From the IMG/VR virus record IMGVR_UViG_3300044712_000792, positions 20,697 to 84,696 of that record: a stretch of 64,000 nt of DNA, one strand, 5' to 3'. Below the pieces are notes generated by a model that did no database searches, had not been told where the DNA came from, and saw only the letters and a list, made by a program, of their open reading frames with translations. The stretch comes from a virus. A program made the position numbers and the translations under genes. This document shows positions 40,501 through 49,396 of the stretch, in pieces. Positions within the stretch are counted from its first letter, which is position 1. Each line of letters starts with the position of its first letter.

Positions 40501-41632
40501 CAAAATCAACTTCAAGCAATCTTAATGTAGATTTTAGGCTTGATACTCTTCCTTTTAGTTTAAGTAATGGGAATAAATATCTAGCTTGCCAACGCCATAT
40601 TTCAGAGTTTTGAGTTAAAGTACTCCAACCCAAATTTCTTAACAAGTAAGGAAGCCAACCATCAGGACATTCTAAATAATCAATTAGTGCTAATAAATCC
40701 CCATCTGTATATACGCCTTGATAGAAAGTTGTTACGCTATCCCAAAAGCCATTTAGGTGTTGGTAGTTATCTGTTTCTTTATAGATTGAAGGGATATACC
40801 TAAACATTTGTTTCTTGAACTTATAGTATTTCCCAAAATCATCATTATATGAAATTGTCTGTAAAGGCATTTCTGTTTCACCAGAAGTAGTAAATGGTTC
40901 ATATGCTGGTGAATATGCGTAAACACTTACAGGACAACCAGTTTTCCAAGTGTGGTTAGTAAGGACATTTAATACTCCGCTTTGTGGCGAAGTAAATACA
41001 ACATCAAAAGTTGTAGTGTTATCAACAATCGTATATGTAGCAGACAATTCTTTACCATAGAAATCCGTTATAGTAAGACCGAAATATTGATTGTAGGCAA
41101 AGTCAATAGTCCAAGTTGCTTCTGCTGTGTTCTGCGTATGTTCGTGAATTGACACACTTGCAGAAGAAAAATATGTCATACTGTTATTAAGGAAGTCATA
41201 AGGAGGTGTGACATAAGTAGGGTAAATAACTTCAAGACTATATCTGCTAATCTTCTGAACCCTATAGATTTCAGCACCTATTAAGGCTACAAAATCAACA
41301 GGCATATTTGAAGTATCTGTATAAATGATTGTGTCACCATTTACAAAGTCATCAGTCAAATAAGTAACTGGAACAAAATCTCCTTCTACTTTGAAATAAC
41401 AGATTGGGGCATATCCAGTTGTCCCTGGTATCATACGCCAAGCATATTCATCTGTGGCATCAAGTTCAGAGTATAGAACATACTTTTCTGAATAATACAT
41501 CTCTTCATCATACATTTTTAAGTAACCTGTTGCTGGAAGCTTTTCTATATCTTCTTCATACAACACAGCCATAATGTTGCTTTTATGATAAACAAGAGTA
41601 AAATTCTTTTGAGTAATTTCTATTGCATTCAT
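37595..41632 (-). CDS. large baseplate wedge protein with P2 gpI/T4 gp7-like domain and Ig-like repeats
   Basis: D..ECP..WLPYL..NLGW......WR...YL..LK.KG....LK..L; Thr/Ser-rich beta domains. Confidence 0.7.
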   Translation of the reverse strand: MNAIEITQKNFTLVYHKSNIMAVLYEEDIEKLPATGYLKMYDEEMYYSEKYVLYSELDATDEYAWRMIPGTTGYAPICYFKVEGDFVPVTYLTDDFVNGDTIIYTDTSNMPVDFVALIGAEIYRVQKISRYSLEVIYPTYVTPPYDFLNNSMTYFSSASVSIHEHTQNTAEATWTIDFAYNQYFGLTITDFYGKELSATYTIVDNTTTFDVVFTSPQSGVLNVLTNHTWKTGCPVSVYAYSPAYEPFTTSGETEMPLQTISYNDDFGKYYKFKKQMFRYIPSIYKETDNYQHLNGFWDSVTTFYQGVYTDGDLLALIDYLECPDGWLPYLLRNLGWSTLTQNSEIWRWQARYLFPLLKLKGRVSSLKSTLRLLEVDFDYKEKWRSETSELIECLPEPDSNVNANYEVSLTTPVTLTLDDTTPYNKATIDQPLDIDIINYYLQDSRKQLIDLTSATPSGTETILTYNTAETIDGTATIATFRPFYFDDIVLELDYNDYKIYGKNLALTYPWAKDVFIAPNMPMIGVFTKYGDVLDTTISNLTLDSNFYVPIKPTATLQVTTATGGNIVAGSYRFGYMVMYASGGISELIQSATITAASNFSATLTVTANADWDKVMFFRTPNNSGAEFYRIMSTGTTVVPMIPKNETMVITATCNAAGDSSTVTEVDFKTGILGVHSTAASSYDTTYIPYFQLSQSDRLSPTHRILDYKPCDGKTVLFVAPEIDNDAWGDSLWEGSSATISSVDYTVTKSYKSSYYDTSQATGITTYEANNFSLTSRNGTYTITAENGLYKLVTDVSAYPVSMDVYVNGANTTYSFTAPSSASNIVTLSGVVNGLGIGKNAYVHIISKTNDSGTVDFNRYVKIDTTTATGNFSIDVEDANVYTLQCFVYPTQTNYYSFIIDGTPQPAPITVNTNTDKGVTITANVLTSAASGVISVVDASANPIENVDLVSELSHYNTDDVVGVFRTNTSGLANFTLNPGAYTFKAVKNGYKFTYPATTSSYVITTTGTMEATAGDTYTIGTTAATGTLTTTLSGTVAFFTVVGIPSVSGNLIRISGTGTATAGYDTISPSPTTITPLALTKTITSIGTTQTFVITATVDTSSYIVTGEILKDSVVLSSANMYNGSVIEISGSYIDVEPNTTIEFNNVYDGVLSFRSNQSAVYYCDIEDYWGMNKWKNGYFVDTSDSYTMIKNSYLNMVNLQKNYGTTSFSGSIYLKVPAEGDCLFVDKDGFYNRKWYGKLGGLTRIPVTINEPKQCLGVFSILGEVLYVNSIEQGIFKNISVFVNDVDLFASGTFGSLSKLHTSMSTTIDLISYLIAGENIIKVVLFPKYQGEYQVMQQVFVLEI

Positions 41633-41635
41633 CTA

Positions 41636-42703
41636 TTATTTCCTTGCTTTAAGTATTATATTACGTTGCCTTACTGATGCATGTTCTTTTCCGTATTTTG
41701 TGAGTTTAGCCCCATTGTTTATTAAAATGTCAATAAGGTTATCATAACCCTGATATATTACCCAATCCAACAATGTCTTACCTTCATATTTTGTATTTAC
41801 ATCGCCACCGTTTTTCAGCATTATTGAAAGTGCCCAACTATTTGTGTTTGTTATAACTAACTTTGTTAATAGTGGTTGACTACCAACCTTCATATTAGGT
41901 ATGTCTACCCCATTGGTTTTAGCGGTTTTAACAATATTTTCAATAATAATAACAGGTAAATAATGCACAAGAAGATAATAAAATTCCATTGGAAATTTTG
42001 CCGCTAAAAATGCGTATACTTGTTCTGGCACTTCTTCCAAATTATCCACACCATCAACATAGTTATTTCTATCAAAGAATAAAACACTTTCATCGCTAGA
42101 TATGTTAATAAAATACATAGTATAAAGGTCTTTTTTGTTTTGACATAGAATCAAATGTTCGTCTTGGTCTTGAACATATTCATAAAACCAATTTCTATCA
42201 ACATCAGGAATACCAATACAAAAAGCACTAACCTTTTTATCACTAGACTTTTTAGCATATTCCCTTTGTGGTTGCCCAAAAAAGATAGCAGCTTCAGGCT
42301 TAAACAGGTCTATAAAGTAATAATCTTTTGTTTCAAATAACAACTTTGCTTCAGATGGAAATTTCTTAAGTCCAATACCCACAAAATCAGCAGGACTTTT
42401 AAATTTGTTAAGCTGTTCAAGAATTTTTTGTTCTGCTGTCTTGAAATCAGAATACATTTTGTTGCTTATATCTTTAACTAAAAGCTTTGGGTTGTTCTTG
42501 TTTTGTTCCAATACTTTTATGAAATCAGTTATATTGTCCATTTCAATCTTTTGCGTTTTATGCCATTCAGCAATCCTAGCAAAATATTTATGCTGAATAC
42601 CAGTTGGGTCCAGGTCCTCATATAAACTAATTTCTCTAGGAGTTAGGTTAAACTTCTTAATAGCATTTTTTACAATTGCGGATTCTACTATGTATTGTTT
42701 CAT
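41636..42703 (-). CDS. 'WC-module' protein fused to C-terminal ankyrin repeats
   Basis: IVES leader, DPT..KY, KDI, AAIFFG..FCIG..WF.EY; C-terminal MLKNGGDVNTKYEGKTLLDW...LINNGAK. Confidence 0.72.
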   Translation of the reverse strand: MKQYIVESAIVKNAIKKFNLTPREISLYEDLDPTGIQHKYFARIAEWHKTQKIEMDNITDFIKVLEQNKNNPKLLVKDISNKMYSDFKTAEQKILEQLNKFKSPADFVGIGLKKFPSEAKLLFETKDYYFIDLFKPEAAIFFGQPQREYAKKSSDKKVSAFCIGIPDVDRNWFYEYVQDQDEHLILCQNKKDLYTMYFINISSDESVLFFDRNNYVDGVDNLEEVPEQVYAFLAAKFPMEFYYLLVHYLPVIIIENIVKTAKTNGVDIPNMKVGSQPLLTKLVITNTNSWALSIMLKNGGDVNTKYEGKTLLDWVIYQGYDNLIDILINNGAKLTKYGKEHASVRQRNIILKARK

Positions 42704-43248
42704 TCGTCTACCCCTGCGTATTTATCTAACAAATTTCTAATTGGGAAGTAATTAATGTGATTTTTCAGCTCGTCCAAAGAATTATAATCCTCTTCTTCCA
42801 CAACAGCACCATTTTCAAGTAATAATCTAACCATCTCTACATTCATATTCCAAATAGCGAAAGTTAAAGGCCCTGAACCACTCCTATTTTTTACATTAAC
42901 ATTACAACCTAAATTGAACATCATTTTTGCTATCTTAAAAATAAGATTCTCGTCATCTTTGTTGACCCCTCGTTTCCCAACCAACATACTTATAGATGTT
43001 GCACCATCAAGAGATTTCTTGTTTACATTTAGCTTAAGCTCTTTGGCATTACGCAATAACAACATAACTATATCATAATACTGATGTTTTATACAAGTTG
43101 TAAGCAATGTGTTACCCCAATCATTCGGAAGTGAAAAATTTACATCTCCGCCATTTTCTATATAAGTAATTACATCCACTAAACAAGGAAGCCCCTGTAA
43201 TATGTTTTTTTGTATTTTGTCTTGTAAAGCCTTATGTTCTTCTGTCAT
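42700..43248 (-). CDS. ankyrin-repeat protein (member 5)
   Basis: ENGGDVN, GNTLL, GCNVNVKNRSGSGPLTFAI...MVRLLLENGA. Confidence 0.9.
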   Translation of the reverse strand: MTEEHKALQDKIQKNILQGLPCLVDVITYIENGGDVNFSLPNDWGNTLLTTCIKHQYYDIVMLLLRNAKELKLNVNKKSLDGATSISMLVGKRGVNKDDENLIFKIAKMMFNLGCNVNVKNRSGSGPLTFAIWNMNVEMVRLLLENGAVVEEEDYNSLDELKNHINYFPIRNLLDKYAGVDE

Positions 43249-43661
43249 TCCGTTGGCCTATAATATTTTATTACCAAGCTTGAAATCCTTTGTGGGAGAT
43301 AACTATTAGCATAATCAGCATCTTGTTGTCTTACAATCGCACCAGCTTCCAACAATAATGAGAGAACAGCTAGTCCATCTGGGTTTTCAGTCCTACCAGC
43401 CAATAACATTTCCAATGGTGTACATTGACCAACAGATTCTTTGTTTACATCTAACTTCAATTCTTCCTTATGCTTTAATAAAAAAAATATGAGCTTATAT
43501 ACTTGGTATTTTATCGTGCTAGTCAATATAGTATTTCTAAAATCATATTCGTTTTGAGCATTAACATCACCACCAAGTTCAAGATAGGTGATTAACTTTA
43601 GAAAAGCACTTGGACTTTTCTCCATTATTGCGTCAAATAATTCAACTTCTGTTTTCTTCAT
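43245..43661 (-). CDS. ankyrin-repeat protein (member 6)
   Basis: Start at TAATG overlap with the gp6-like stop; ELGGDVN, KLDVN, CTPLE, LLEAGA. Confidence 0.82.
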   Translation of the reverse strand: MKKTEVELFDAIMEKSPSAFLKLITYLELGGDVNAQNEYDFRNTILTSTIKYQVYKLIFFLLKHKEELKLDVNKESVGQCTPLEMLLAGRTENPDGLAVLSLLLEAGAIVRQQDADYANSYLPQRISSLVIKYYRPTE

Positions 43662-46333
43662 TAAGAGTTCTCCGTAGTAGTTATAAGAAGAATGAGAATA
43701 TTTGGACAAACATAAATGGGGCTTGCTTCGGATACTAAATACGCTCTAGGGGATGTTGTAGAACCAGAAGAATAAATGTTCCTTGTAATACCATAAAGCA
43801 CATTACTTATCTTCTTTTGGTAAGCAATAAATTCATTCTCTATTCTGATAATACCTTGTTCTGGAAGCAGGCTTAAATCAGAGTTATATTGGTCGTCTAG
43901 TGTAATAGACTCTACTTCATTGTTAGCAGCTATATCAGTCTTTAAGTAGTATGTCATAGTTTGGTCTGTTGAAAGAACTTGGTTAAGAGGTGCTATTGCT
44001 GCTTTGTAAGGAAGCAATCCAATGATGTGTGTATCTGGAACACCTGTAATGTCTTCTTCAACAGAGATTGGGATATAGTTTGAAAGACTTGGGTTGGTTG
44101 AATTAATAATGTATTGTGTTGCATGTTCATATAGGATAGACTTAACTTCTTGATGTCCTTGTATTGCCGAAATTAAAGGGGAAATTTCCATGTCCTTACC
44201 AAGACCCCAACGAGTATTTGTAAGGTTAAAGTAATCTTCAATTGAAAGTCTAATTTTATCCATCAATAAGTTGTAGTTGGAATAGCTTGAAACTTTTATT
44301 TTCAATAGCATATACACAGGGAGAATATCACCTTCAAGGATAAGAGTTTCGTTTACTCCTACTTTATACTTATCAATAGCTCTGTAAAGGTCAGGTCTAA
44401 CACCTCCAAGGTTTATAATTGAATCTTCCAAGTGAGATGAGATTTGCGTATTCTGATACCCTCTGCTTATAATGTTCAAATATTTATAAGCATCATAACT
44501 AGTTTCATAAGTAATGTTACCACTAGAGTCTGTAGTTTTCTTATAATAAGGAGTTGAAGCTACTTGCAGTAACTCGTTATCCATCTGCACTATAGCAAAA
44601 TTATCTGTTCCCCCAGGCCACTCTAATGTTCCCAATTTACCAACATCTAAACCTTCATAATTAAAGGTTTCGGGGGCGTCAGAAGATAGTTGTAGCATAT
44701 AGTTAGGGTCGTTCATAACATAACAGCCTACAACATCTCCAGAAGAAAAGATATTAGTAACATCTTCTGGTATAGTAATATCCAAATATTCATCATTAAC
44801 AGGAGTTAAGACCATATCAAATTCCTTACTAACCCCTTTGGCACTAATCATTGACACATAATCCAAAGGAGTTTCGTTTGAAGTTCCATTTTTCTTTAAC
44901 TCATTTCTGTTAGCAACGTAGAAATCGTTTGTTTCATTAACCCTTGCTAAAGGATAAAGCAATCTTATTGAAGTTGTTTCAGTAGAACTGTTGTAATTTA
45001 TGGCCTGTATAATGTTATAATCTAACGAATTCCTTAATTTTGTGTTTTCAGTTCCACGAATAGGTCTTAAATAACCTTCTTCAGTTGATTGATAATTAAC
45101 TATAAGGAGTTTTATTAGATTTCCAGTGGCATCATTATCTACTAAATAGGCTTTGGCTTTCGCTATACCGCTGAAATTACTAGCAAAATAAGCAAAGTCC
45201 TCACCAGAAACTAATCTGTTTTGAGACCTTATCTTGAATGGGTGGTAGTATTTAGCCTTTTCTAGAGTGTCTCCTTCAGAACCGCCAAATGTCTGGATAA
45301 AGTTTTCTAATAAAGCGTTAGTTCTAAAAGAACCGTTCCTATAGGCAGGGACAGCTATCTTCAGAGACCCCTTACGAATGCTCTTGTGGGCTCCGCCACC
45401 TACCCTATAAACGACTTTAATAGCCGAACCCATAGGAGGTATCACCCCAAACGCAGAATTGCCGAATTTGATGGTCATTTTGAAACTGCCATCCCATTCC
45501 AACTCAAAGTGTTTATCGGTAGTTGTACTATATATTAGTGAATCAACCTCTTTCCAGTCTGTTTCAAGCAAGCCAGTCTGACTATTCTGGACTGTTATAC
45601 CTACCCTAAACCCAGAAAGTGGGTCTTGGCACACAGGAAACGAAGAAAGTTGGAATTTTTGGTTAGGTTTGCCGTTAGAATAGAAGGTTTCTGGTACACT
45701 TCTGCCTTCTACTATAGCAAATTTGCTTACAGGAGCATCAACAGAGGTACTCATATCAGAATTTAAAGAATTTGCAGGTATTACAACGAAATTTGTGGGG
45801 TTATCTGACAATAATGCGGTATAATTCAGAGTGTAATCGGTATTAACCTCAAATATTTCATAACTTATCTTATCTTGACCAGAAGAGAAGGTAAATTTAG
45901 TTCCAGGTGCTATTGTTATTGCAGAAGTATCGTTTTCTGTCCTACTAAACCTTAAATTGATGAAATTGTTGTTACTATCTGTTTGATATAAGAAAGAACA
46001 AGAAGGTAAAGATATCTTTATACCTGTTAATAGTGCCATTTTGGTATAAACATCAAGAGAACTGACAGAATCAAGGTAAAACTGTTTCGTTGTGTAATCT
46101 ACTTTATACCCAAACATAGCTGTGGCATAAGCTACTATTTCCATTAGCATCATACCTGAACTTGATTCAGCAAAGTCAGTCCAATCAGGGTAGTTTATCC
46201 TTATATAGTCCAGTAAGATAGCTCTTAATTCTTCAAAGGTATAATTTAATGCGTAATTAGGCAAGGTTCTTAAATAGATTAAAAATCCTCTGCTTAATTC
46301 ACTTGATGGGGGTAGGCAAGATACTGTTGACAT
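43661..46333 (-). CDS. baseplate wedge protein (T4 gp6/baseplate J-like)
   Basis: FEELR..L..YI...YP.WTDF.ESS.G, SNG.PNQ.F.L, FGN..FG.IP..G..I.V.YRVGGG, QNRLVS.EDF. Confidence 0.9.
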   Translation of the reverse strand: MSTVSCLPPSSELSRGFLIYLRTLPNYALNYTFEELRAILLDYIRINYPDWTDFAESSSGMMLMEIVAYATAMFGYKVDYTTKQFYLDSVSSLDVYTKMALLTGIKISLPSCSFLYQTDSNNNFINLRFSRTENDTSAITIAPGTKFTFSSGQDKISYEIFEVNTDYTLNYTALLSDNPTNFVVIPANSLNSDMSTSVDAPVSKFAIVEGRSVPETFYSNGKPNQKFQLSSFPVCQDPLSGFRVGITVQNSQTGLLETDWKEVDSLIYSTTTDKHFELEWDGSFKMTIKFGNSAFGVIPPMGSAIKVVYRVGGGAHKSIRKGSLKIAVPAYRNGSFRTNALLENFIQTFGGSEGDTLEKAKYYHPFKIRSQNRLVSGEDFAYFASNFSGIAKAKAYLVDNDATGNLIKLLIVNYQSTEEGYLRPIRGTENTKLRNSLDYNIIQAINYNSSTETTSIRLLYPLARVNETNDFYVANRNELKKNGTSNETPLDYVSMISAKGVSKEFDMVLTPVNDEYLDITIPEDVTNIFSSGDVVGCYVMNDPNYMLQLSSDAPETFNYEGLDVGKLGTLEWPGGTDNFAIVQMDNELLQVASTPYYKKTTDSSGNITYETSYDAYKYLNIISRGYQNTQISSHLEDSIINLGGVRPDLYRAIDKYKVGVNETLILEGDILPVYMLLKIKVSSYSNYNLLMDKIRLSIEDYFNLTNTRWGLGKDMEISPLISAIQGHQEVKSILYEHATQYIINSTNPSLSNYIPISVEEDITGVPDTHIIGLLPYKAAIAPLNQVLSTDQTMTYYLKTDIAANNEVESITLDDQYNSDLSLLPEQGIIRIENEFIAYQKKISNVLYGITRNIYSSGSTTSPRAYLVSEASPIYVCPNILILLITTTENS

Positions 46334-46335
46334 TG

Positions 46336-46881
46336 TTACTCCTTATATAATATTCGGTAGCCACTAGATGTTAATTTTGCATTATAATAATCTTTCCACA
46401 TATCCGTATTCATTAGGTCTTTAACACGCTTTTCTCCAGCAAGCTTAAAGAACAAATCACGTCTTTTTAAGGCTTCTCTACTATTTAAAGCTATAAATAT
46501 ATTGGTTAATTCCCTCAAATAAGTATCTATGTGGTTATCTATATCAGCCTTAACCAAATCTGGATACATATTGCAGATTCGTTCGGCTAGAGTGCTCGTG
46601 GATATAAACAACAGAAATCTAAAAGCATTAGAAGTAGCACAACGAACTTTAAATGTATCAAAAAGCCCTGTATCAATTTCTGTAAGATGTTCAAGAATAA
46701 AACGAGTAACTACTGATGGTGAGTCAAGGTCTGGGTCGCCATTTATACCACCTAATCTCATCATAAAATTACTACAATCACCATTATAGGCGGATAGCTT
46801 TTTCCCAGACTCTAGATAAGTGATTAAATAGTATAAGCTATCTCTTCTAATTACTTCGTCTAATGCTTCTCTATCAGTCAT
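46336..46881 (-). CDS. degenerate ankyrin-like family protein (member 7)
   Basis: N-terminus L..VI.R.SL...ITYLESG resembles the family start; sister of next gene. Confidence 0.5.
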   Translation of the reverse strand: MTDREALDEVIRRDSLYYLITYLESGKKLSAYNGDCSNFMMRLGGINGDPDLDSPSVVTRFILEHLTEIDTGLFDTFKVRCATSNAFRFLLFISTSTLAERICNMYPDLVKADIDNHIDTYLRELTNIFIALNSREALKRRDLFFKLAGEKRVKDLMNTDMWKDYYNAKLTSSGYRILYKE

Positions 46882-47440
46882 TTTTTATACCCATTAATAT
46901 TTTAGTCCATTTCTCATATGTGTCTGGTAACATCTTATCTTTAAATAACTCAAAAAAACTTACTAATTTTTCGTTTCGTGTCCTTAATAAGTGTTGTGGT
47001 ATTAAAGAGAAAAGCAAATTCACTCTCACATCTGTATTGTTATCAGGGTCAAGACCCGCATGATTATTTAAATAGTGACACTCATAACCAAAATAAGAAG
47101 TGAAATCAGTTTCTATATTTTGTGCCACAACGCTTTTATATTGACTCGCAATAAGTTTAGCACAGCTAGCCTTCTTACACAAAAACAAAAAGTATCTAAA
47201 TGTTGACGATGTGTTGCAAGTAAAACCAGAAAATTTACCAAACAAATCAATACCCAATTCAGTAGCATATCGTATAGAAAAATGAGCCAAATTATCAGCA
47301 CTATTAACATATGCCATTATTGGAAAATTTGAGCATTGGTCGTCAACTACATTTAGTTTTTTCCCGGACTCTAGATAAGCTATGAACTTAACTAGACTTT
47401 TCCGTTCTATGATTTTGAGTAATTCTTCTCTATCCGCCAT
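46874..47440 (-). CDS. degenerate ankyrin-like family protein (member 8)
   Basis: TGATG overlap with peptidase; REELL.II.R.SL..FIAYLESGKKL...CSNF, YATELGID. Confidence 0.5.
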   Translation of the reverse strand: MADREELLKIIERKSLVKFIAYLESGKKLNVVDDQCSNFPIMAYVNSADNLAHFSIRYATELGIDLFGKFSGFTCNTSSTFRYFLFLCKKASCAKLIASQYKSVVAQNIETDFTSYFGYECHYLNNHAGLDPDNNTDVRVNLLFSLIPQHLLRTRNEKLVSFFELFKDKMLPDTYEKWTKILMGIKND

Positions 47441-48363
47441 CAGCCCAATCCCATAATAACCCAAGGACTAAAAGTATAATCTTGGTAGAATTGAAACGGC
47501 ATAAAGTAGTAACCACCTTTACCCCATGCGTTTCCCCAACTATTACGAACCTTAAAGTATTGAGTGTCTAAATCATATCCTACCAATACTGTGCAATGTC
47601 CTCCTTGGTTCTTTTCATCTGAACTAGGCATTTCCAATATACCATCATTAAGTATCTTTGTGCTTGTAATTGAATTAAAACAATATTGCCCAAATATAAC
47701 TGGAACTCCTTTATCTAACATAGAACAAGCCTGGGCTACATCATTTTCATTTAGCTTTAAGTACTTATTAATCTTGAAGTTAGCACCATCAGCATAGGCT
47801 TCTTTAGTTGGTTGTGTTTTCCATAATTTCAATTCATAAGGCCAAATTGATTCTACGCATACTCCATATTTTTGACAAGCCTTTAAAGCATCTCTTACAT
47901 ACATACCGCTATCTTCATTGACAGTTCCCATAATCAATCTACCATTGTAATATACATACAATCTACTTCTATCAATAAAAGTATTATCAGTCTTTTCATA
48001 TAGTTCAATAGCACCTACTATTGATTGTGCTACGCAAGAACCCAACTCACCTTGGTTCTCTATCATTGAAAATTTAGGTGTTAAATCTACTTGCCTCTTA
48101 ATAACAGTAGTAGGCTCAAGCATAACTTGGTCAGCATACAAATCCCTTGAGTCAATAGGGTCTGGGTGGCAAGCAAATACCCATTTAGCATCTGGGTTGG
48201 TTAAAAGTAAATATAGAAAGGCTGCTTCTTGTGCTAACCTTTCTTCTCCAGGAAATATTTGTTCTAAAGGTATCTTGTTCTCAATAGCAATCGTGACGAA
48301 CTTCTTAATAGTATCCACTTCTTCTTGGGTGAAGCCATAATGATTTTCAGGGCCATAAGGCAT
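47440..48363 (-). CDS. papain-like cysteine peptidase (C1A)
   Basis: NQGELGSC (Q, C), SRLY.YYN.R, GGHC..LVGYD (H), VRNSWG..WG..GY (N). Confidence 0.92.
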   Translation of the reverse strand: MPYGPENHYGFTQEEVDTIKKFVTIAIENKIPLEQIFPGEERLAQEAAFLYLLLTNPDAKWVFACHPDPIDSRDLYADQVMLEPTTVIKRQVDLTPKFSMIENQGELGSCVAQSIVGAIELYEKTDNTFIDRSRLYVYYNGRLIMGTVNEDSGMYVRDALKACQKYGVCVESIWPYELKLWKTQPTKEAYADGANFKINKYLKLNENDVAQACSMLDKGVPVIFGQYCFNSITSTKILNDGILEMPSSDEKNQGGHCTVLVGYDLDTQYFKVRNSWGNAWGKGGYYFMPFQFYQDYTFSPWVIMGLG

Positions 48364-48378
48364 TTCAACCTCCTTTAG

Positions 48379-49395
48379 TTATTCTGTGGCAAATAAATAA
48401 TAGTGTCCATATTGGCTAACCTCATCTGTTGCGTTTGGTCTCCCAATACAAAGTTGTGGAACATAAAAAGACCTGCTTGTGCCATTTACATAAAGGTCTA
48501 CATTAACATTTTTTGTTAGTAAATATGGATAATTGTTATCTGCTGAAAAAGTGGTAGCTCGTACACCAGTGTATCCATTTGAACAAGTTATTAAATAAGG
48601 ATTATTATAAAGTTTTTTTGTGGCAGAATATGGAAACGGACCACACATAAGCATTGTTAAGGTTTCTTGATTGAACATTGGGTTTTGTGGCAACCATCCT
48701 TTTGTTGCATTAGTTGGGGCTGCTTCATCATACACAAAATATGCTGGTCTACTAAATTCGTGACTAGTTTTTGTGGTTGGTGTTGAAATTATATTAAAAA
48801 TATTTGAACTTGCTGATAATGCTGTCGCATCTGCGTGTGTGGTGGTCATAAATACTATCCCTGCCGCTCCACTAGTGCCAGTCATAGTGCAAGTATAACC
48901 TATAGCAATAATATCAGATGTTTTAGTTCCATCTAATGAATATGCTCGTTCTATGTTTAACATATTTGTAGCACCATAATAACGAGATGAGCTATCCATC
49001 ATTTTTATTTTTGCTTGTAAAATAGATAAGCCAGAGTCATATCCATTAACCACATGCTCTGAAGCAATTACCGATGTGCCACCTGTTGCCGTATCTGTTA
49101 AAGTTATTGTATATGGTGTAACCCCAACTCCTTTGTTTGTAATATTAGTATTATCCCCAGATAGCGTAGAACCAAATGTAATTATTATAGTATTATCAGA
49201 ACCTCCAGTTGCCACTTTTACATAAAAAGGCATGCTAGCTGCAAAGCTATCATTAATAGAAAATAAAGCATAAGCACTAGCAGCACTAGATACATATGTC
49301 CATTTTCCTAATCCTACAAAATAGTCTACCATATCTATTAATTCATTGTAAGAAGAAACAGTATATGAACCAGTCCTATTAAAATAAGTTGTCAT
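48379..49395 (-). CDS. virion structural protein (fibre/baseplate-associated), paralog of next gene
   Basis: T/S/G/Y-rich; PFYVK, IERA.SLDG, RSFY. Confidence 0.55.
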   Translation of the reverse strand: MTTYFNRTGSYTVSSYNELIDMVDYFVGLGKWTYVSSAASAYALFSINDSFAASMPFYVKVATGGSDNTIIITFGSTLSGDNTNITNKGVGVTPYTITLTDTATGGTSVIASEHVVNGYDSGLSILQAKIKMMDSSSRYYGATNMLNIERAYSLDGTKTSDIIAIGYTCTMTGTSGAAGIVFMTTTHADATALSASSNIFNIISTPTTKTSHEFSRPAYFVYDEAAPTNATKGWLPQNPMFNQETLTMLMCGPFPYSATKKLYNNPYLITCSNGYTGVRATTFSADNNYPYLLTKNVNVDLYVNGTSRSFYVPQLCIGRPNATDEVSQYGHYYLFATE

Positions 49396-49396
49396 C

